A stretch of DNA of 64,000 nucleotides from an uncultured Gammaproteobacteria bacterium (lineage in GTDB: Bacteria > Patescibacteriota > Patescibacteriia > UBA9934 > CAZDDW01), in NCBI GenBank assembly GCA_965231015.1, contig OZ246408.1:921908-985907 (forward strand), given 5' to 3'. Numbering within the stretch: position 1 is the stretch's first letter; the number at the start of each line of letters is the position of its first letter. Both the position numbers and the translations under genes were made by a program. The notes beneath the pieces are model-generated. The model made no database searches. It had not been told where the DNA came from and was given only the letters and a program-made list of their open reading frames with translations. Of the stretch, positions 60,501 to 64,000 are shown piece by piece.

Positions 60501-60826
60501 TCTTTAACCGAACCGGTACGTTTGTTATTTAAAACGGCCTTTACACGAAGCGGTGCTTCGTAGGTAACATTCTTTTCCATTGACGTTCGTTCGTCAAATT
60601 TAGGTTCATCAAGATAGTAGTCAGCCAGCGTCAATTCCAAATCACGACCAATAAAATCGCTGATTGGAGAAACCTCGCCGAATAATTCTCGAATTCCCTC
60701 CTTCAAAAACCAATCGTACGATGCGCGCTGGACTTCAATCAGGTCTGGCAAATCCATGGCATCAACTGCCGCCCCGAAAGTCTTACGCTCCATCTGACTA
60801 GGAGGAGTTTTAAGGAATTTTTTCAT
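57569..60826 (-). CDS. rpoB: DNA-directed RNA polymerase subunit beta
   Basis: canonical beta motifs (e.g. [18 protein letters not shown]). Confidence 0.97.
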   Translation of the reverse strand: MKKFLKTPPSQMERKTFGAAVDAMDLPDLIEVQRASYDWFLKEGIRELFGEVSPISDFIGRDLELTLADYYLDEPKFDERTSMEKNVTYEAPLRVKAVLNNKRTGSVKEQEIYLGDLPIMTPRGTFVINGIERVIVSQLVRSAGAFFTADVHRGRRYYGAKIIPTRGAWLEFETDPKNVIWVKIDRKRKVAVTSLLRAFGVSEDEEIMKLFEDVDVHPTNKYIEATLLKDAAKNEDEGLKEVYKRIRPGDLATVDNARQLIHSMFFNFDRYDLHKVGRYKFNLRFGLDISEDAVGPEEKRILSKEDLIRIIREIIRLNIAQEEPDDVDHLGNRRVRAVGELIQGRFRVGLARMERIIKDRMSTQDIDTLSPGRLINARPVIGSVREFFMSSQLSQFMDQTNPLAELEHKRRLSAMGPGGLSRERAGFEVRDVHSTHYGRICPIATPEGPNIGLVGHLASYAVINEYGFIETPYRKVVEENGKMKVTDDIEYLNAFKEEKSVVVPATVKVDENGYLVDEFVGARKNQEAQVLPSKEVQYMDVSSRQIVSIGTSLIPFLEHDDATRALMGTNMQRQSVPCIKPDPPIIGTGVEARAAYDSGHVVIAEQAGTVTKLQGNLIEITDSKGVVHPYELKKFTRSNASTGINQRPTVELGQKVKMGDLIADGAAVADGELALGQNMLVAFMAWDGYNYEDAVIISDRVVQQDRYTSVHIEHYTIDVRDTKLGPEVVTSDIPNVSEEKLKNLDAEGVIRIGAEVKSGDILVGKITPKGETELSAEEKLLRAIFGEKARDVRDSSLYLEHGEHGKVVDVMVFSREAGDKLPPGVIKSIRVSVADLRKMQVGDKVAGRHGNKGVVSRIVPAQDMPFLEDGTPVDVILTPLGVVSRMNLGQILEVHLGLAANALGYRVKTPVLNGVTEEAIKEELKKADLSESAQVNLYDGRTGEPFENPSTVGYMYVLKLSHMVEDKMHQRSIGPYSLITQQPLGGKAQFGGQRFGEMEVWALEAYGASHTLQEILTIKSDDVPGRSKAYESIIKGEPIRKVNIPESFNVLIREMKGLCLDVELLKEGSKVELGEDKKKDPVKKQ

Positions 60827-61303
60827 AATGAGTTAAGAAATGATTATTAAAATTGATTATAAAAACAAAAACCCCGTTCCAAAAACGAAACAGCGTCTAA
60901 AAATGAATTGGTTTCACCTTCCATCTCTCGTGGGGGTTTATGAATAGTCAAATGATTGTTAAAAAACTTCAAATGCAAGGCGTGGGGAAACTGACGAGGA
61001 GGCGTACTGAAACGTACGTCGACGAGTCAGTGGGGACCCACAACGCAGCAATTGAAGGAGTTTTAACGATCATTGGTTACCCGGTTGACCATTCAGCCGT
61101 AGACGGGGTGAAATCATGAGGAGAATATCAAATAAACGAAGGCGTGTCAAGGAAAAGATGGGTGGATAAGGGGTGGAAGAGACGGGGAAAATTAAAACTT
61201 AGCTAAATTTAGCGTATTAATCTATATAAAACACCTTGTCAAGGGTGACTATGCCACAATTTATCCACAAAAAAACAGAATTGACGGTAAGTTTTGCTAA
61301 AGC

Positions 61304-61330
61304 AAGCAAAAAACCACCCGAAGGCGGTTT
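61304..61330 (-). terminator. minus-strand terminator in rpoB upstream region
   Basis: aaccgccttcgggtggtt stem followed (minus strand) by tttttt. Confidence 0.45.
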
Positions 61331-61555
61331 GGATACTCATCCGGAAGCTGGGGGTCCAAGATAACGTCGAAGAGATGCCGAGCCAGTACTTGCGAACGCG
61401 AGGAGAGAGATTTTCCTCACCGAAGTGAGGGGGCGCTCACGGCAATGGTTCAGCGGTGTCATCTCCTTCCCCACAGCTTTCGAATGACTATCTACTGAAA
61501 TCCAATTTTAATCTAATTTTGGTTTTATTTCAAGGACAGATGTTGATGTTTGAAA
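61331..61555 (-). ncRNA. candidate small RNA between two minus-strand terminators
   Basis: no ORF >=60 aa on either strand across 60830..61550; GC-rich stems incl. cctcacttcggtgagg tetraloop hairpin. Confidence 0.2.
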
Positions 61556-61561
61556 AAATTT

Positions 61562-61606
61562 CCCGGCAGAGCTGATCGAGGTCGACCAGATGCCGGGGTT
61601 TCCAAG
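61562..61606 (-). terminator. terminator of lipoprotein gene
   Basis: ccggcag...ctgccgg then aattttttc on minus strand. Confidence 0.45.
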
Positions 61607-62353
61607 TTATTCTTGCTCCGCCAGATAGCGGGTTTCTATCATCTGCGAGATCTCGTTACCGGCCGCGACCATGAAGTCTTGTACTTCAACTCCAGCCGCA
61701 GTGCCACCAACAAGAATCTCATCCTCTACTACATTACCTGATGGACAATCCAACATGCTAACGACCGGCACCTCACAAGTGTGGGCCATTCCAGGCAAGC
61801 TTACGTGACCACCTTCGTGAACAATGTCAGAAACCAAGTTAGCGGTTGAGGAGGTTCCACTGACCATCTGAGCGATTAACGGACAGGACCAAGTGCAGTG
61901 CATGCCCCAGTTAACCGCGTGAGTGCACCTGATGCTGTAACGCGGATAATAGGTTTCCATGAATTCACGACCACCACCCCAGTAGCACTCGTCGATATCA
62001 TCTTCAGTGATGATCGTTGGGTCAAAGAAGGGCTCGATGTTTTCAGCTACCGGCAGAACCAAACGCTTTTCCGCCTTGTAAACCTGGGCACGAGAGGGAG
62101 CGTCGTCGGCAAAATAGGCGCAAGTGATTTCGAAGTCTTCCACAGCCATGATCCTTTCGAGAACCGTGACCCGCGGAATCTGGTCCCCCATCATCTCCTC
62201 GAGCTGTTGCTGAATCTCCGACTCGAAGTGGTAGGCCTCTTCATATGCCTGATCGACCCGCTCGAGTTCGTAGTCAGAACACTCGTATTCATGCTTCCAT
62301 TCGTCAGAACATCCAGAAATCATAACAAAAATAGAAAAAAGAACTCGTCTCAT
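61607..62353 (-). CDS. Cys-rich lipoprotein, unknown function
   Basis: signal plus lipobox VMISGCSDE; about 52% GC. Confidence 0.55.
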   Translation of the reverse strand: MRRVLFSIFVMISGCSDEWKHEYECSDYELERVDQAYEEAYHFESEIQQQLEEMMGDQIPRVTVLERIMAVEDFEITCAYFADDAPSRAQVYKAEKRLVLPVAENIEPFFDPTIITEDDIDECYWGGGREFMETYYPRYSIRCTHAVNWGMHCTWSCPLIAQMVSGTSSTANLVSDIVHEGGHVSLPGMAHTCEVPVVSMLDCPSGNVVEDEILVGGTAAGVEVQDFMVAAGNEISQMIETRYLAEQE

Positions 62354-62437
62354 CTCCCCTCCAGATTTTGGTCAACCTCTAGACTCGACATCTCGAATTC
62401 AGAGGTTGGCCCTCCTGCGTTACGTCGGCAGAAGGGG

Positions 62438-62746
62438 CTAAGGTTTGAGTGCTTGCTTTTGACGATTGAAATGTTCGGTCAAGACCATAGCCTCGGCATG
62501 TTGCCACATGGTCTTTTCTACTTCTGTGGCCAACAACGAAGATATTGACCAGTGAAACCCTTCACGCATACACTCTTCGATCAACAACGAAGCGTACAGG
62601 TGAAAGTATGGGTCAAGCACTCCTCGAGCTGAGAGCTTTCGGATTTTTATCCGTCTACCCATCGTCACAAAGACTTCGATCATGTCTCCACCCCTTCGTC
62701 CGAGCTGTATTCTCGATATTATATCAAGTTCACAGGTCGGTCCCAC
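62438..62746 (-). CDS. hypothetical small protein
   Basis: ORF only. Confidence 0.3.
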   Translation of the reverse strand: MGPTCELDIISRIQLGRRGGDMIEVFVTMGRRIKIRKLSARGVLDPYFHLYASLLIEECMREGFHWSISSLLATEVEKTMWQHAEAMVLTEHFNRQKQALKP

Positions 62747-62778
62747 AGCCGAGAATTGGCTGTGGGGTCCGTCGCGAG

Positions 62779-63318
62779 TTAGGCCGCGTCATCGATGGTG
62801 ATGCGACCGTCCCTGCGGAAGGAAGCCAGCTTGAGGCGCTGACTTAGGCCTGGCCAAAACCTTCTGACCACGCCGAGACCAAAGGCCGCGACAAAGTACT
62901 TGGCCTTGACCCGATACATGTTGTCACCCTGGAAGGCGTAGAGAGCATGTCCGAATCTGGCCGCAGTAATGACCAGATTTCGCACTGACTGGTTACCAAC
63001 ATGTTTGATCAACCGAGCCTGGTTGAGTGCACTTAGTATCTCGAGCGCAATCTCGGATACGAAGGCCCCGTCCATCACGCGGTAGATCAAGTTCAGCCAA
63101 TAGATGACCTCGAGCTTCATGGGCTGTTCGATGTCTCTGATCACGTCGTTCAAACACCCGAACAACTCTTCATCAGTACAAGCCTGGCTTCCGAGCGTCT
63201 CGGCCAGGTCGCCATGCTCCCTGTTGGCGTCCAGAAAACGGTCAACCCACTCTATTCTTTCTCGTAATTCTCCTTCAGCTCGCGGGTCCATATTAACCTC
63301 CTGACCAAAGATACACAT
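62779..63318 (-). CDS. hypothetical protein immediately downstream of RT gene
   Basis: ORF; probable start MDPRAEGEL; about 52% GC unlike the RT gene. Confidence 0.45.
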   Translation of the reverse strand: MCIFGQEVNMDPRAEGELRERIEWVDRFLDANREHGDLAETLGSQACTDEELFGCLNDVIRDIEQPMKLEVIYWLNLIYRVMDGAFVSEIALEILSALNQARLIKHVGNQSVRNLVITAARFGHALYAFQGDNMYRVKAKYFVAAFGLGVVRRFWPGLSQRLKLASFRRDGRITIDDAA

Positions 63319-63380
63319 TTTGAAGGTGATTCGTCACACATTGACGAAACATCAAAGACTACTATATTTTAGCTAAATTG

Positions 63381-64000
63381 TCAAGGTAAAACCTTTAAAA
63401 AAAGTTTATTTTTTATCCTCTTCTGCAACTCGTGCATGTTGGCATGTGAACATATCCCAATATAAGAACTCTTGTTTTCTTGATTCACATTTCGAATCAT
63501 TCTCTTCACAGTTTTGTTTCGAAGTACCGTTGAATGTTCCAATAATACATAGCCAACAAAATCAATTCCTTGAGCTGGGGTTCGTATTAAAGTCTTATCT
63601 GGATGGACAGATAAGCGTAATTTTGTTTGCAAATAATCTTGTATGATTGGTATCAGTTGCTCGAGGTGACACATGTCCTGGTGTAAAATCAAGAAATCAT
63701 CACAGTAACGAAGATAATACCTTTCTTTGAGCTCGAACTTCACAAAATGGTCGAGCTCATGCATGTAAACATTAGCAAATAGCTGGCTGGTCAGATTACC
63801 CAAAGGAATACCTTTGTGTTGACCAACGGAAAAACTTGAAATGATCTTCTGCAACAATTTCAAACTACGGTTGCAGGATATTTGTTTTGTTAATAAACTC
63901 ATTAGAACACTATGGTCAACACTAGCAAAGTATTTCTTGATATCACACTTAAGTGCATAAACGGTTCTGGTGTTGTTGGACGAAGCCTTGTTTATAAAGC
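63381..64000 (-). CDS. reverse transcriptase (group II intron / retron-like), 5' end outside window
   Basis: RT motifs on minus strand: KCDIKKYFASVDHSVL (motif 2), GIPLGNLTSQLFANVYMHELD (motif 4), YLRYCDDFLIL (motif 5 YxDD), QGIDFVGYVL; frame stays open upstream of listed Met through coordinate 64000. Confidence 0.75.
   Translation of the reverse strand, partial: FINKASSNNTRTVYALKCDIKKYFASVDHSVLMSLLTKQISCNRSLKLLQKIISSFSVGQHKGIPLGNLTSQLFANVYMHELDHFVKFELKERYYLRYCDDFLILHQDMCHLEQLIPIIQDYLQTKLRLSVHPDKTLIRTPAQGIDFVGYVLLEHSTVLRNKTVKRMIRNVNQENKSSYIGICSHANMHELQKRIKNKLFLKVLP

Overview
This 64-kb window comes from a low-GC (about 40%), small-genome bacterium. By inference from gene content, it looks like a CPR/Patescibacteria-type genome: short SMC, VanW, type IV pilus, a standalone 16S rRNA, and many tiny intergenic terminators. 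Housekeeping genes dominate: gyrA, rpsA, ftsH, pilB-like ATPase, tsaE-tsaD, tRNA-Glu, a chorismate mutase, Hsp20, a VanW protein, clpP, a DHH/NrnA phosphoesterase, smc, rpsP, a KH protein, trmD, pyrD, tRNA-Phe, MgtC, tRNA-Ile/Gly/Pro, a prepilin, galT-like, ruvC, yebC, rpoC and rpoB. Five regions stand out against this background. (1) Positions 29.4-35.5 kb hold an integron-like locus. A divergently oriented Xer-type tyrosine recombinase is followed by at least seven co-oriented single-gene cassettes, each ending in an imperfect palindromic attC-like site (xxxxAAC ... stem ... GTTRRRY, then GAAAT). The cargo is a VOC/glyoxalase protein, an ANT(4')-like aminoglycoside nucleotidyltransferase with a duplicated C-terminal domain and perfect 30-bp inverted repeats around it, a small membrane protein, an HD hydrolase, an unknown protein, an isochorismatase, and possibly a NUDIX hydrolase. 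(2) Next to it is an ArsR-regulated operon with three thioredoxin-fold proteins, two CcdA/DsbD-like membrane domains and an ArsP/DUF318-like permease carrying a TPFCSCS motif, followed by an orphan radical-SAM gene. (3) A 2.9-kb island of about 63% GC (45.36-48.25 kb) encodes an unrecognisable 815-aa protein with a long acidic disordered tail. It abuts a tandem partial duplication of tRNA-Phe, which fits site-specific acquisition from a high-GC donor. A second high-GC islet sits beside tRNA-Glu at 13.5-14.1 kb. (4) A reverse-transcriptase gene is truncated by the window edge at 63.4-64.0 kb, and the genes downstream of it switch sharply to higher GC. (5) Several smaller oddities are recorded as findings: dispersed hairpin repeats, a K/A-rich N-terminal tail on GyrA, insertions in the rpsP-trmD cluster, and a 725-nt non-coding region upstream of rpoB that may hold a small RNA. 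No CRISPR array was seen.
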